From the NCBI RefSeq assembly GCF_048403405.1, contig NZ_CP183129.1: 64,000 nucleotides of DNA; one strand, given 5' to 3'. Source of the DNA: Escherichia coli. GTDB taxonomy: Bacteria > Pseudomonadota > Gammaproteobacteria > Enterobacterales > Enterobacteriaceae. The position numbers and the translations under genes are program-made. Every line of letters begins with the position of its first letter. The stretch's first letter is position 1. Shown piece by piece: positions 36,698 through 47,159 of the stretch. Below the pieces are notes generated by a model. It saw only the letters and a program-made list of their open reading frames with translations, was not told where the DNA came from and searched no databases.

Positions 36698-38608
36698 GTG
36701 ACGGACGATTTTGCACCAGACGGTCAGTTGGCGAAAGCGATACCGGGCTTTAAGCCGCGAGAACCACAGCGACAGATGGCGGTAGCCGTCACCCAGGCGA
36801 TAGAAAAAGGCCAGCCGCTGGTGGTGGAAGCCGGAACCGGTACGGGCAAAACCTACGCTTACCTGGCCCCTGCGCTGCGGGCGAAAAAGAAAGTCATTAT
36901 CTCGACCGGTTCAAAAGCGTTGCAGGATCAGCTCTACAGCCGCGATTTGCCAACAGTCTCAAAGGCATTGAAATATACGGGCAACGTGGCGCTGCTGAAA
37001 GGGCGCTCAAACTACCTCTGCCTCGAACGTCTCGAACAACAGGCGCTAGCGGGCGGCGATCTGCCGGTACAAATCTTAAGCGATGTGATCCTGCTGCGCT
37101 CCTGGTCTAATCAAACAGTCGATGGTGATATCAGCACCTGCGTCAGCGTGGCGGAAGATTCACAGGCGTGGCCGCTGGTCACCAGCACCAACGACAACTG
37201 TCTTGGCAGCGACTGCCCGATGTATAAAGATTGCTTTGTGGTCAAAGCACGCAAAAAAACGATGGACGCCGATGTGGTGGTGGTAAACCATCATCTCTTT
37301 CTGGCGGATATGGTGGTGAAAGAGAGTGGATTTGGCGAACTGATCCCGGAAGCTGACGTGATGATCTTCGACGAAGCCCACCAACTGCCCGACATTGCCA
37401 GCCAGTATTTTGGTCAGTCACTCTCCAGTCGACAACTGCTCGACCTGGCAAAAGACATCACCATCGCCTATCGCACCGAATTAAAAGATACTCAGCAGTT
37501 ACAAAAGTGCGCCGACCGCCTTGCCCAGAGCGCGCAGGATTTTCGTCTGCAACTCGGTGAGCCTGGTTATCGTGGCAACCTGCGCGAACTGTTAGCTAAT
37601 CCGCAAATTCAGCGAGCATTTTTACTGCTCGATGACACCCTGGAACTTTGTTATGACGTGGCGAAACTGTCGCTGGGGCGCTCCGCCTTGCTGGATGCGG
37701 CATTTGAGCGCGCCACGTTGTATCGTACGCGGCTGAAACGGCTAAAAGAGATCAATCAGCCAGGCTACAGCTACTGGTACGAATGCACTTCGCGCCATTT
37801 TACTCTGGCACTCACGCCGCTCAGCGTGGCGGATAAATTTAAAGAGTTAATGGCGCAAAAGCCAGGTAGCTGGATTTTTACCTCGGCAACGCTGTCGGTG
37901 AACGACGATCTGCATCATTTCACCTCGCGGCTTGGCATCGAACAGGCGGAGTCGTTGCTGTTACCCAGCCCCTTTGATTACAGCCGCCAGGCGTTACTCT
38001 GTGTGCCGCGCAACCTGCCGCAAACTAATCAACCGGGTTCCGCACGGCAACTGGCGGCAATGCTGCGACCGATCATCGAAGCTAACAACGGTCGTTGTTT
38101 TATGCTTTGTACCTCGCACGCCATGATGCGCGATCTGGCTGAGCAGTTCCGCGCTACCATGACGCTTCCCGTTTTGTTGCAGGGGGAAACCAGCAAAGGG
38201 CAACTGTTGCAGCAATTTGTCAGCGCCGGTAACGCGCTTCTTGTGGCAACCAGCAGCTTCTGGGAAGGGGTGGATGTGCGTGGCGATACATTGTCGCTGG
38301 TGATTATCGACAAGTTGCCGTTTACCTCACCGGATGATCCACTATTAAAAGCGCGCATGGAAGATTGTCGTTTGCGCGGAGGCGACCCGTTCGATGAAGT
38401 ACAGCTGCCGGATGCGGTCATTACTCTCAAGCAGGGAGTAGGGCGATTGATTCGCGACGCCGACGATCGAGGGGTTTTGGTGATTTGCGATAATCGGCTG
38501 GTGATGCGCCCTTACGGCGCGACGTTTCTCGCCAGTCTGCCGCCAGCGCCGCGCACCCGTGACATTGCCCGTGCGGTTCGTTTCCTTGCGATACCATCCT
38601 CCAGGTAA
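36698..38608 (+). CDS. yoaA: DinG-family ATP-dependent DNA helicase YoaA
   Basis: 636-aa ORF with Walker A (AGTGTGKT), DEAH box (DEAHQL) and Fe-S Cys cluster. Confidence 0.95.
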   Translation: MTDDFAPDGQLAKAIPGFKPREPQRQMAVAVTQAIEKGQPLVVEAGTGTGKTYAYLAPALRAKKKVIISTGSKALQDQLYSRDLPTVSKALKYTGNVALLKGRSNYLCLERLEQQALAGGDLPVQILSDVILLRSWSNQTVDGDISTCVSVAEDSQAWPLVTSTNDNCLGSDCPMYKDCFVVKARKKTMDADVVVVNHHLFLADMVVKESGFGELIPEADVMIFDEAHQLPDIASQYFGQSLSSRQLLDLAKDITIAYRTELKDTQQLQKCADRLAQSAQDFRLQLGEPGYRGNLRELLANPQIQRAFLLLDDTLELCYDVAKLSLGRSALLDAAFERATLYRTRLKRLKEINQPGYSYWYECTSRHFTLALTPLSVADKFKELMAQKPGSWIFTSATLSVNDDLHHFTSRLGIEQAESLLLPSPFDYSRQALLCVPRNLPQTNQPGSARQLAAMLRPIIEANNGRCFMLCTSHAMMRDLAEQFRATMTLPVLLQGETSKGQLLQQFVSAGNALLVATSSFWEGVDVRGDTLSLVIIDKLPFTSPDDPLLKARMEDCRLRGGDPFDEVQLPDAVITLKQGVGRLIRDADDRGVLVICDNRLVMRPYGATFLASLPPAPRTRDIARAVRFLAIPSSR

Positions 38609-38665
38609 TTTGTGATGGAGTATGGTATGATGCGCGCCTTTTTATTGATCTAAGCACGAAGACCC

Positions 38666-39361
38666 ATGCGAATTCTGGCTATCGATACCGCGACAGAGGC
38701 CTGCTCTGTCGCCCTGTGGAACGACGGTACGGTCAACGCTCATTTTGAGCTTTGCCCTCGTGAACATACTCAACGAATCTTACCGATGGTGCAGGATATC
38801 CTGACCACCAGCGGAACTTCCCTGACTGATATTAACGCTCTGGCTTACGGGCGCGGCCCCGGTAGCTTTACTGGCGTGCGCATTGGTATTGGCATCGCGC
38901 AAGGGCTGGCGCTTGGCGCGGAATTACCGATGATTGGCGTCTCCACGCTAATGACGATGGCGCAAGGGGCGTGGCGCAAAAACGGCGCAACACGCGTGCT
39001 GGCAGCCATTGACGCGCGAATGGGCGAAGTTTACTGGGCCGAATATCAGCGTGATGAAAACGGTATCTGGCACGGTGAAGAAACCGAAGCCGTACTCAAA
39101 CCCGAACTCGTTCATGAACGAATGCAACAGCTTTCCGGCGAATGGGTGACGGTAGGGACGGGCTGGCAAGCCTGGCCGGATCTCGGTAAAGAGAGCGGGC
39201 TGGTTTTGCGCGATGGCGAAGTGTTACTCCCCGCTGCAGGAGATATGCTGCCGATTGTTTGTCAGATGTTTGCCGAGGGTAAAACGGTGGCGGTAGAACA
39301 TGCCGAACCGGTTTATTTACGTAACAACGTCGCATGGAAGAAACTTCCGGGCAAAGAATGA
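38666..39361 (+). CDS. tsaB: tRNA t6A37 threonylcarbamoyladenosine biosynthesis protein TsaB (YeaZ)
   Basis: 231-aa [20 protein letters not shown]..., inactive Kae1/TsaD paralogue. Confidence 0.95.
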   Translation: MRILAIDTATEACSVALWNDGTVNAHFELCPREHTQRILPMVQDILTTSGTSLTDINALAYGRGPGSFTGVRIGIGIAQGLALGAELPMIGVSTLMTMAQGAWRKNGATRVLAAIDARMGEVYWAEYQRDENGIWHGEETEAVLKPELVHERMQQLSGEWVTVGTGWQAWPDLGKESGLVLRDGEVLLPAAGDMLPIVCQMFAEGKTVAVEHAEPVYLRNNVAWKKLPGKE

Positions 39362-39400
39362 ATCTTAAGAGTATGCCCTGAGAAAAAAAGGAGTCGCATC

Positions 39401-39982
39401 ATGGCGGTTCAAAAGAACGTTATCAAAGGCATACTGGCAGGTACGTTTGCGCTAATGCTGAGCGGTTGTGTCACTGTGCCGGACGCCATTAAAGGCAGCA
39501 GTCCCACGCCGCAACAAGATTTAGTTCGGGTGATGAGTGCGCCGCAGCTGTACGTTGGTCAGGAGGCACGCTTTGGTGGCAAAGTGGTTGCGGTACAAAA
39601 CCAGCAAGGGAAAACCCGCCTGGAAATTGCTACCGTACCGCTGGACAGCGGAGCCAGACCAACTTTGGGGGAACCTTCACGCGGGCGCATTTATGCCGAT
39701 GTGAACGGTTTTCTGGACCCGGTAGATTTCCGTGGACAACTGGTTACGGTAGTTGGGCCAATCACCGGTGCGGTTGACGGCAAAATCGGCAACACGCCCT
39801 ATAAATTTATGGTGATGCAGGTAACGGGTTACAAACGTTGGCATTTAACCCAGCAGGTGATTATGCCGCCTCAGCCGATTGATCCATGGTTTTATGGCGG
39901 TCGTGGCTGGCCCTATGGCTACGGTGGATGGGGCTGGTATAATCCCGGCCCCGCGAGAGTACAAACTGTTGTAACTGAATAA
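39401..39982 (+). CDS. yeaY: Slp-family outer membrane lipoprotein YeaY
   Basis: 193-aa ORF with lipoprotein signal (LSGC). Confidence 0.85.
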
Positions 39983-40002
39983 TTGCTTGTTTTTAAAGAA
40001 AA

Positions 40003-40029
40003 AGAAACAGCGGCTGGTCCGCTGTTTCT
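40003..40029. promoter_or_regulatory. Perfect 11-bp inverted repeat (AGAAACAGCGG-ctggtc-CCGCTGTTTCT) containing a FadR-operator-like CTGGTCCGCTGTTT; also a candidate yeaY terminator stem
   Basis: Palindrome read directly; similarity to the FadR consensus ANCTGGTCNGAYNTGTT; position upstream of fadD. Confidence 0.45.
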
Positions 40030-40097
40030 GCATTCTTACGGTAAAGATAAAAATAAATAGTGACGCGCTTCGCAACCTTTTCGTTGGGTAATTATCA

Positions 40098-40114
40098 AGC
40101 TGGTATGATGAGTT
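40098..40114 (+). promoter_or_regulatory. FadR operator-like site AGCTGGTATGATGAGTT in the fadD promoter
   Basis: Match to the FadR consensus about 75 bp upstream of the fadD TTG start; fadD repression by FadR is established. Confidence 0.5.
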
Positions 40115-40186
40115 AATATTATGTTAACGGCATGTATATCATTTGGGGTTGCGATGACGACGAACACGCATTTTAGAGGTGAAGAA

Positions 40187-41871
40187 TTGAAGAAGGTTTG
40201 GCTTAACCGTTATCCCGCGGACGTTCCGACGGAGATCAACCCTGACCGTTATCAATCTCTGGTAGATATGTTTGAGCAGTCGGTCGCGCGCTATGCCGAT
40301 CAACCCGCGTTTGTGAATATGGGGGAGGTGATGACCTTCCGCAAACTGGAAGAACGCAGTCGCGCGTTTGCCGCTTATTTGCAACAAGGGTTGGGACTGA
40401 AGAAAGGCGATCGCGTTGCGTTGATGATGCCTAATTTATTGCAATATCCGGTGGCGCTGTTTGGCATTTTGCGTGCCGGGATGATCGTTGTAAACGTTAA
40501 CCCGTTGTATACCCCGCGTGAGCTTGAGCATCAGCTTAACGATAGCGGCGCATCGGCGATTGTTATCGTGTCTAACTTTGCCCACACTCTGGAAAAAGTG
40601 GTTGATAAAACCGCCGTTCAGCACGTAATTCTGACCCGTATGGGCGATCAGCTATCTACGGCAAAAGGCACGGTAGTCAATTTCGTTGTTAAATACATCA
40701 AGCGTCTGGTGCCGAAATACCATCTGCCAGATGCCATTTCATTTCGTAGCGCCCTGCACAACGGCTACCGGATGCAGTACGTCAAACCCGAACTGGTGCC
40801 GGAAGATTTAGCTTTCCTGCAATACACCGGCGGTACCACTGGTGTGGCGAAAGGCGCGATGCTGACTCACCGCAATATGCTGGCGAACCTGGAACAGGTT
40901 AACGCGACCTATGGTCCGCTGTTGCATCCGGGCAAAGAGCTGGTGGTGACGGCGCTGCCGCTGTATCACATTTTTGCCCTGACCATTAACTGCCTGCTGT
41001 TTATCGAACTGGGGGGCAGAACCTGCTTATCACTAATCCGCGCGATATTCCTGGGTTGGTAAAAGAGTTAGCGAAATATCCGTTTACCGCTATCACTGGC
41101 GTTAACACCTTGTTCAATGCGTTGCTGAACAATAAAGAGTTCCAGCAGCTGGATTTCTCCAGTCTGCATCTTTCCGCAGGCGGAGGGATGCCTGTTCAGC
41201 AAGTGGTGGCAGAACGTTGGGTGAAACTGACTGGACAGTATCTGCTGGAAGGTTATGGCCTGACCGAGTGTGCGCCGCTGGTCAGCGTTAACCCGTATGA
41301 TATTGATTATCATAGCGGTAGCATCGGTTTGCCGGTGCCATCGACGGAAGCCAAACTGGTGGATGACGACGACAACGAAGTACCACCGGGTCAACCGGGT
41401 GAGCTTTGTGTCAAAGGGCCGCAGGTGATGCTGGGTTACTGGCAGCGTCCGGATGCTACCGATGAAATCATCAAAAATGGCTGGTTACACACCGGCGACA
41501 TCGCGGTGATGGATGAAGAAGGATTCCTGCGTATTGTCGATCGCAAAAAAGACATGATTCTGGTTTCCGGTTTTAACGTCTATCCCAACGAGATTGAAGA
41601 TGTCGTCATGCAGCATCCTGGCGTACAGGAAGTCGCGGCTGTTGGCGTACCTTCCGGCTCCAGTGGTGAAGCGGTGAAAATCTTCGTAGTGAAAAAAGAT
41701 CCATCGCTTACCGAAGAGTCACTGGTGACTTTTTGCCGCCGTCAGCTCACGGGCTACAAAGTACCGAAGTTGGTGGAGTTTCGTGATGAGTTACCGAAAT
41801 CTAACGTCGGAAAAATTTTGCGACGAGAATTACGTGACGAAGCGCGCGGCAAAGTGGACAATAAAGCCTGA
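40187..41871 (+). pseudogene. fadD: Long-chain acyl-CoA synthetase FadD, interrupted by a -1 frameshift in a G6 run at 41011-41016 (premature stop at 41060-41062)
   Basis: Two ORFs (40121-41062 and 41056-41871) in different frames each encode a contiguous part of FadD (...[13 protein letters not shown] | [22 protein letters not shown]...); restoring one G rejoins them. TTG start at 40187. Confidence 0.85.
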
Positions 41872-41917
41872 GCGTTAAGTCAGTCGTCAGACGCCGGTTA
41901 ATCCGGCGTTTTTTTTG
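41830..41917 (+). ncRNA. sroD: sRNA SroD, derived from the fadD 3' end; boundaries approximate
   Basis: Established sRNA annotated at the fadD 3' end / fadD-rnd intergenic region in K-12, ending at the fadD terminator; placement from recalled annotation. Confidence 0.35.
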
Positions 41918-41918
41918 A
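41889..41918 (+). terminator. Rho-independent terminator of fadD
   Basis: ACGCCGG-ttaat-CCGGCGT followed by T8. Confidence 0.8.
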
Positions 41919-41940
41919 CGCCCACTAAAGAGAATACAAT

Positions 41941-43068
41941 TTGAATTACCAAATGATTACCACGGACGATGCGCTGGCTTCTTTGTGTGAAGCCGTCCGT
42001 GCCTTTCCGGCGATAGCCCTGGATACTGAATTTGTTCGTACGCGCACCTATTACCCGCAACTGGGTCTAATTCAACTTTTCGATGGCGAGCATCTGGCGC
42101 TAATTGATCCTCTCGGGATCACCGACTGGTCACCGCTGAAAGCGATCCTGCGCGATCCGTCCATCACAAAATTTCTCCATGCAGGCAGTGAAGATCTGGA
42201 AGTGTTCCTCAATGTCTTTGGCGAATTACCACAACCCCTGATTGACACGCAAATCCTTGCTGCCTTCTGCGGACGCCCGATATCATGGGGTTTCGCTTCC
42301 ATGGTGGAAGAGTATTCCGGCGTTACGCTGGACAAGAGTGAATCGCGCACCGACTGGCTGGCCAGACCGCTGACCGAACGTCAGTGTGAATACGCAGCGG
42401 CGGATGTCTGGTATCTGTTACCGATCACCGCAAAGCTTATGGTAGAAACGGAGGCCTCCGGCTGGCTACCTGCGGCGCTGGATGAATGCCGCCTGATGCA
42501 AATGCGTCGTCAGGAAGTCGTTGCACCGGAAGATGCCTGGCGTGATATCACCAATGCCTGGCAGTTACGCACACGCCAACTGGCCTGTCTGCAACTGTTA
42601 GCCGACTGGCGACTGCGCAAGGCGCGGGAGCGCGATCTGGCGGTGAACTTTGTCGTGCGCGAAGAGCATTTGTGGTCGGTAGCGCGTTATATGCCGGGAA
42701 GTTTAGGCGAACTGGACAGCCTGGGCTTATCCGGTAGCGAAATCCGCTTTCACGGTAAAACGCTGCTGGCGCTGGTGGAAAAAGCGCAGACATTGCCGGA
42801 AGAGGCCTTACCGCAGCCGATGCTTAACCTGATGGACATGCCGGGTTATCGTAAAGCGTTTAAAGCGATTAAGTCGCTGATTACTGACGTGAGCGAAACG
42901 CACAAGATCAGCGCCGAATTGCTGGCATCGCGTCGGCAAATCAACCAACTGCTGAACTGGCACTGGAAACTGAAACCGCAGAACAATTTGCCGGAGCTGA
43001 TTTCCGGCTGGCGTGGTGAGCTGATGGCGGAAGCATTACACAATTTATTGCAGGAATATCCGCAGTAA
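41941..43068 (+). CDS. rnd: Ribonuclease D
   Basis: 375-aa ORF starting at TTG (rnd is known to use UUG); DEDDy exonuclease plus HRDC domains. Confidence 0.95.
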   Translation: MNYQMITTDDALASLCEAVRAFPAIALDTEFVRTRTYYPQLGLIQLFDGEHLALIDPLGITDWSPLKAILRDPSITKFLHAGSEDLEVFLNVFGELPQPLIDTQILAAFCGRPISWGFASMVEEYSGVTLDKSESRTDWLARPLTERQCEYAAADVWYLLPITAKLMVETEASGWLPAALDECRLMQMRRQEVVAPEDAWRDITNAWQLRTRQLACLQLLADWRLRKARERDLAVNFVVREEHLWSVARYMPGSLGELDSLGLSGSEIRFHGKTLLALVEKAQTLPEEALPQPMLNLMDMPGYRKAFKAIKSLITDVSETHKISAELLASRRQINQLLNWHWKLKPQNNLPELISGWRGELMAEALHNLLQEYPQ

Positions 43069-43074
43069 AATCTT

Positions 43075-43117
43075 CCGAAGCCGGACTGGGCGCACTCAGC
43101 GCCACATCCGGCTTCGG
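43075..43117. terminator. Convergent intergenic stem-loop between rnd and yeaX (candidate bidirectional terminator, weak U-runs)
   Basis: CCGAAGCCGGA...TCCGGCTTCGG stem enclosing an inner GGCGC...GCGCC hairpin. Confidence 0.4.
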
Positions 43118-43121
43118 CAAA

Positions 43122-44087
43122 CTACAAATCCAACACCAGGCGTTTACCCTTCGCGCGCGAACAACAGATCAACATACTTTGCTGGCTGGCACGCTCTTCA
43201 TCGCTAAAATACTGATCCCGATGGTCAGCTTCACCTTCCAGTATTGCCGTTTCGCAGGTTCCGCATACCCCTTCACGACATAAACATTCCACTTTCGCGG
43301 CTTTATTATTTTCAATAACCTGCAAAATAGTCATCTCTTCCGGCACCACAAACTCTTTACCGGAACGGGCAAGCACCAGGGTAAATGCATCGCCGGTTTT
43401 GTCTTCAATCGCAAATTGCTCAAAGTGCAGCGTATCGGCGGCGATGTCCAGATGCGCAGCTTCACTTCTTACAGCTTCAATTAGCGCCTCGGGGCCGCAG
43501 GTATAAACATGTGTGCCAGGTTCGATATCCGCCAATAATCGCGCTAATTCCAGTCGTGTTCCGGTTGATGAATGATGAAAATGAACTTTCTCAGCCTGCG
43601 GATGCTGGACTAGCTCATCACGAAATGCGCAACTTTCTGGATTTCGCGAGCAGTAATGTAACTGCCAGTCGACGTCGCTGTATTGCAACTCTGCCAGGTG
43701 TGACAGGAAAGGGGTGATACCAATACCGCCCGCGATAAACAGATGCTTTCTGGCCGAGGGAATTAGCGCAAACAGGTTATTAGGCGTTGAAATCGTTAAC
43801 CGATCGCCCACTTTTACCTGCTGATGCAAAAAGCGGGAACCGCCGCGCGAGTTTTCCTCCAGTCGAACGGCAATCTGATAACAAGAGGTGTCATGCGGCG
43901 AACTCAGTAGTGAATACGCATTGCTGTACTCGTTATCACCATCGCTCATCTGCACAATGACGTGACTTCCTCCGGTAAACGCAGGTAATGGTTTGCCATC
44001 GGTTGCCACCAGCATGAAGCGTTTCACCTGTTCGGTAAGCGGTTCAACCTGGCTCACCTGTACTTCAAACATTTGATAGTCTGACAT
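43122..44087 (-). CDS. yeaX: Carnitine monooxygenase reductase subunit (ferredoxin-NAD(P) reductase with 2Fe-2S domain)
   Basis: 321-aa ORF with C-terminal CxxxxCxxC...C plant-type ferredoxin motif. Confidence 0.9.
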   Translation of the reverse strand: MSDYQMFEVQVSQVEPLTEQVKRFMLVATDGKPLPAFTGGSHVIVQMSDGDNEYSNAYSLLSSPHDTSCYQIAVRLEENSRGGSRFLHQQVKVGDRLTISTPNNLFALIPSARKHLFIAGGIGITPFLSHLAELQYSDVDWQLHYCSRNPESCAFRDELVQHPQAEKVHFHHSSTGTRLELARLLADIEPGTHVYTCGPEALIEAVRSEAAHLDIAADTLHFEQFAIEDKTGDAFTLVLARSGKEFVVPEEMTILQVIENNKAAKVECLCREGVCGTCETAILEGEADHRDQYFSDEERASQQSMLICCSRAKGKRLVLDL

Positions 44088-44142
44088 TGCTGTACTCCAT
44101 CAAAAATCAGCCCAGCGGCGGAAAATACCGCCGCCGATGTCA

Positions 44143-45267
44143 TTAGTCCTTAAACACCTGCGCCAGCAGATTATGGAAGTGGGCGATACCATGTTCGGAA
44201 ATTCCGCTACCGCTACTGTCGGCCATGATGCGCCCCTGGCCACGATAGCCACGCGATTTCAGCCCTTTCTGTACGCTTTCAACCAGACGTAAATCTTCCG
44301 GACGGAACACATCGCGATACCACTCAATCAGCGATTTTTGCTCGTCGGTTAACTCTTCATTGGTGAAGTAAATATCGTAGTTTTGCAGGGTAGTTTCAGA
44401 ATCCACCGGGAATTCATAAATGACCGTCATCATCCCTTTGATCGGGGTGACGTTCAGCATCGTGCACGGCCACAGCCAGAAACCGTGGAATGCCGCATCC
44501 GTGCCCTCTTCGAATTTGAAAGACTGTTCGGACGGTTTGGCGAAACCGTACTGCAGCGTCCAGTTACCGTGCATGGTGTGCCAGTAACGATCAACCTGTA
44601 CGGAGTCGGAGAAACCTGGATGCGCCGGACCACAGTGATAGCACTCGAGATAGTTATCGACAATGTTCTTCCAGTTGGCAGGCGTGCGGGTGGTAAAGCG
44701 GGCCGCCAGTTTCAGATCGTGGACTTCCGGGCAGGCTTCCAGCACTTTCGCCCCCAGACCGGGTAACTGATCTTCTACGCTGGTGGCGTTGGGGTCCATG
44801 TTGATGAAGACGAATCCGGCATATTCTTCCAGACGCACCGGAACCAGTTGCGCTTTGTCGCTATCGAAATTGGCGACGTTTTCGCAGTTACGCGCATGGG
44901 CCAGATTACCATCGAGTTTGAATGCCCAGGCGTGATACGGGCAGGTAATCACATTTTTCGCTTTCCCTTCGCCGCTCAATAACTGATGACCACGGTGCGG
45001 GCAAACGTTATAGAACGCGCGCAAAACCTTATCACGACCACGTACCAGCACGATGCTTTCGCCAATGATCTCACGCGTCACATAATCATTGGCATTCGCC
45101 AGTTCGCTGCTGTGAGCGACGCAAATCCAGCTTTTGGCGAAGACGTTCTCTTTTTCGTGTTCAAAGGCGTTCTGATCGGTATAAAAACGGGCAGGAATGG
45201 TCCACGCCTCTTGCGGGTTAGCGCAAAAATTTTCGGGTAGTACAAAGTCAGGGCTCAGATTGCTCAT
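44143..45267 (-). CDS. yeaW: Carnitine monooxygenase oxygenase subunit (Rieske non-heme iron oxygenase)
   Basis: ORF 44143-45387; start at MSNLSPDFVLPENF... giving 374 aa; Rieske CPHRGH...CPYHAW motif. Confidence 0.9.
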   Translation of the reverse strand: MSNLSPDFVLPENFCANPQEAWTIPARFYTDQNAFEHEKENVFAKSWICVAHSSELANANDYVTREIIGESIVLVRGRDKVLRAFYNVCPHRGHQLLSGEGKAKNVITCPYHAWAFKLDGNLAHARNCENVANFDSDKAQLVPVRLEEYAGFVFINMDPNATSVEDQLPGLGAKVLEACPEVHDLKLAARFTTRTPANWKNIVDNYLECYHCGPAHPGFSDSVQVDRYWHTMHGNWTLQYGFAKPSEQSFKFEEGTDAAFHGFWLWPCTMLNVTPIKGMMTVIYEFPVDSETTLQNYDIYFTNEELTDEQKSLIEWYRDVFRPEDLRLVESVQKGLKSRGYRGQGRIMADSSGSGISEHGIAHFHNLLAQVFKD

Positions 45268-45298
45268 AGGGTTACCTTTATCGTTAGGATGATGGCGC

Positions 45299-46909
45299 TC
45301 AGTTGTCGCCTTTGAATACGGTTCCCGCAGGGAGCACTGGCGTTTTTTCCGGGGCTTCAACCGGTGTCTGCGGGAGATAATGTTCAACTTGATGAGCCGG
45401 AATGTCGGCGTAATCCTGTTTCAGCCAGCGAATAAAGCCACCGACTTTCACCAGTAAAATAACGAGGAAGGGCAGGGCTGTAAGTACCACAGTGGTTTTC
45501 ATGGTTTCCAGCGACGCGCCAGTAAATAAGATAGACAGTGGAATCAGGGTGATAACCACGCACCAGAACAGGCGAAGAGCACGGTCAGGGTCGTCACCTT
45601 CCTTAAGATTTCGCGTACTGGTCGCCGCCATGGTGTAGGCCACCGCATCCATATGCGAGGCAAGGAAAATAATCATCACGCCCAGGTATGCGGCGAGGAA
45701 CAATTTACCGGCTGGCAACGACATCAGAACTTGCTGCACAGCTGTCTCGCCGCCCAGTGTTTCCAGCACCTGTGGGACGTTGATTACGCCATTGATAAAC
45801 TGGTGAATGGCATAGCTTTCCATTACGCCGAAGAAGAACCAGCAACCGACGGTGCTGCCGAGGATCAGTCCCCAGATAACTTCTTTAATCTTACGACCGC
45901 GTGAAACGCGTGTGACAAACATTGCTACGCCAGGGGTGTATGAAATCCACCACAGCCAGTAGAAAACGGTCCAGTTGCGGGGAAATGAACCATCGCCAAG
46001 CGGATCGGTGAATAAGCTCATTTGCAGGAAGTTTTGCGTGGTCAGGCCGATGGCATTGATGATGCTGTTGGTAATAAATTCGGTTGGACCGACAATCAGC
46101 ACCAGTAATGGCAGCAGGAACGCGCCCCAGCCAACCATTTTGCTCAGACGTTGCAAACCGTTGTTGATACCAATCCACGAGCTTAGGCAAAAAATGCCGC
46201 CGGAAAGCAGGATCACAAATGCCTGCACGGTGAAGTTATCGGGTAAACCGGTCAGCGCGGAAAGCCCACGAGTAAAGGTTGCTGCGGTAACAACAAGGGA
46301 AATGGTCAGCGCACCGACAGTGGCGATCAGGAACATCAAATCGACCAGTTTTCCCCACGGGCCTTGCGGGCGAACGCCGGTAATCGCGGCAATAATGCCG
46401 GAAAGGCTCAGACCTTTGTTTTTCCGCACATGAAAGTGATAAGCCATGATTAATGAGGCCAGCGTATAAGTTGCCCAGGCGCTGATGCCCCAGTGGAAGA
46501 AGGAGTAAGGGACGCTAAATTCGAGTGCCTGTTGTGAACGCGGTGCGATATTTAATCCAGGTGTTTGATAATAATAGGCCCATTCAGCACCCCCCCAATA
46601 AAGCGTAGAAGAACCTAAACCGGCACAAATAAACATAAACAGCCAGGAGAGCGTGCTGTATTCCGGTTTTCCTTCTCCAAGACGAATATTGCCGTATTTA
46701 CTGGTGGCTAAATAAATCACCAGTCCCATTGCCAGCAAAACCAATACCTGTACGGCGGAACCTAACGTACGCGTAACAAAAGTGTATATTGCGTTGGCCG
46801 CGTCGGCCGATTGTTGTGGGAAAAGGCTTAATGCAGCTGCGATGAAAAGAATGGCCACCAGGCTGATGCTTATCAGCGGCACATCTTTTTTCTTAACATT
46901 GCTCATCAT
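45299..46909 (-). CDS. yeaV: BCCT-family transporter YeaV (start codon uncertain)
   Basis: Long polytopic ORF with BCCT-family features, upstream of yeaW-yeaX. Confidence 0.85.
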   Translation of the reverse strand: MMSNVKKKDVPLISISLVAILFIAAALSLFPQQSADAANAIYTFVTRTLGSAVQVLVLLAMGLVIYLATSKYGNIRLGEGKPEYSTLSWLFMFICAGLGSSTLYWGGAEWAYYYQTPGLNIAPRSQQALEFSVPYSFFHWGISAWATYTLASLIMAYHFHVRKNKGLSLSGIIAAITGVRPQGPWGKLVDLMFLIATVGALTISLVVTAATFTRGLSALTGLPDNFTVQAFVILLSGGIFCLSSWIGINNGLQRLSKMVGWGAFLLPLLVLIVGPTEFITNSIINAIGLTTQNFLQMSLFTDPLGDGSFPRNWTVFYWLWWISYTPGVAMFVTRVSRGRKIKEVIWGLILGSTVGCWFFFGVMESYAIHQFINGVINVPQVLETLGGETAVQQVLMSLPAGKLFLAAYLGVMIIFLASHMDAVAYTMAATSTRNLKEGDDPDRALRLFWCVVITLIPLSILFTGASLETMKTTVVLTALPFLVILLVKVGGFIRWLKQDYADIPAHQVEHYLPQTPVEAPEKTPVLPAGTVFKGDN

Positions 46910-47116
46910 GAGTCATCTCCTGGGCATAAAAGCCCGTCTCTGGCTTTTGCCAGTTGTAATTATTTGCAGGGTAATGAGTTGCATGTTGTGTTTAACAAAT
47001 TGATTATTTACATGTTACATAAATTAAACAATTAAGAATACGGAAAGCCATAAAACACGAAACGGAAACAATAAAAGGTGAAATGACGCAGGTTATTAAC
47101 TGCAAAGAACGAATAA

Positions 47117-47150
47117 AAAAACCGCGTCAGTGACGCGGTTCAAATAAACT
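47117..47150 (-). terminator. Rho-independent terminator of dmlA (yeaU)
   Basis: ACCGCGTCA-ctga-CGCGGT hairpin with a plus-strand A7 run (U-run on minus) just beyond the dmlA stop. Confidence 0.7.
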
Positions 47151-47159
47151 GGTTTGACC

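Noticed and set aside
40121-40186. Upstream extension of the first fadD ORF
   Set aside because: fadD starts at the TTG at 40187; the upstream in-frame codons are leader sequence.
44143-45387. N-terminally extended ORF calls (yeaW 414 aa; similarly yebQ, prc, msrC, exoX, holE, yoaB, yoaC, pdeD, dgcP, dmlR, mntP)
   Set aside because: The maximal ORFs run upstream of the real starts; internal start codons matching the known protein N-termini were used instead.
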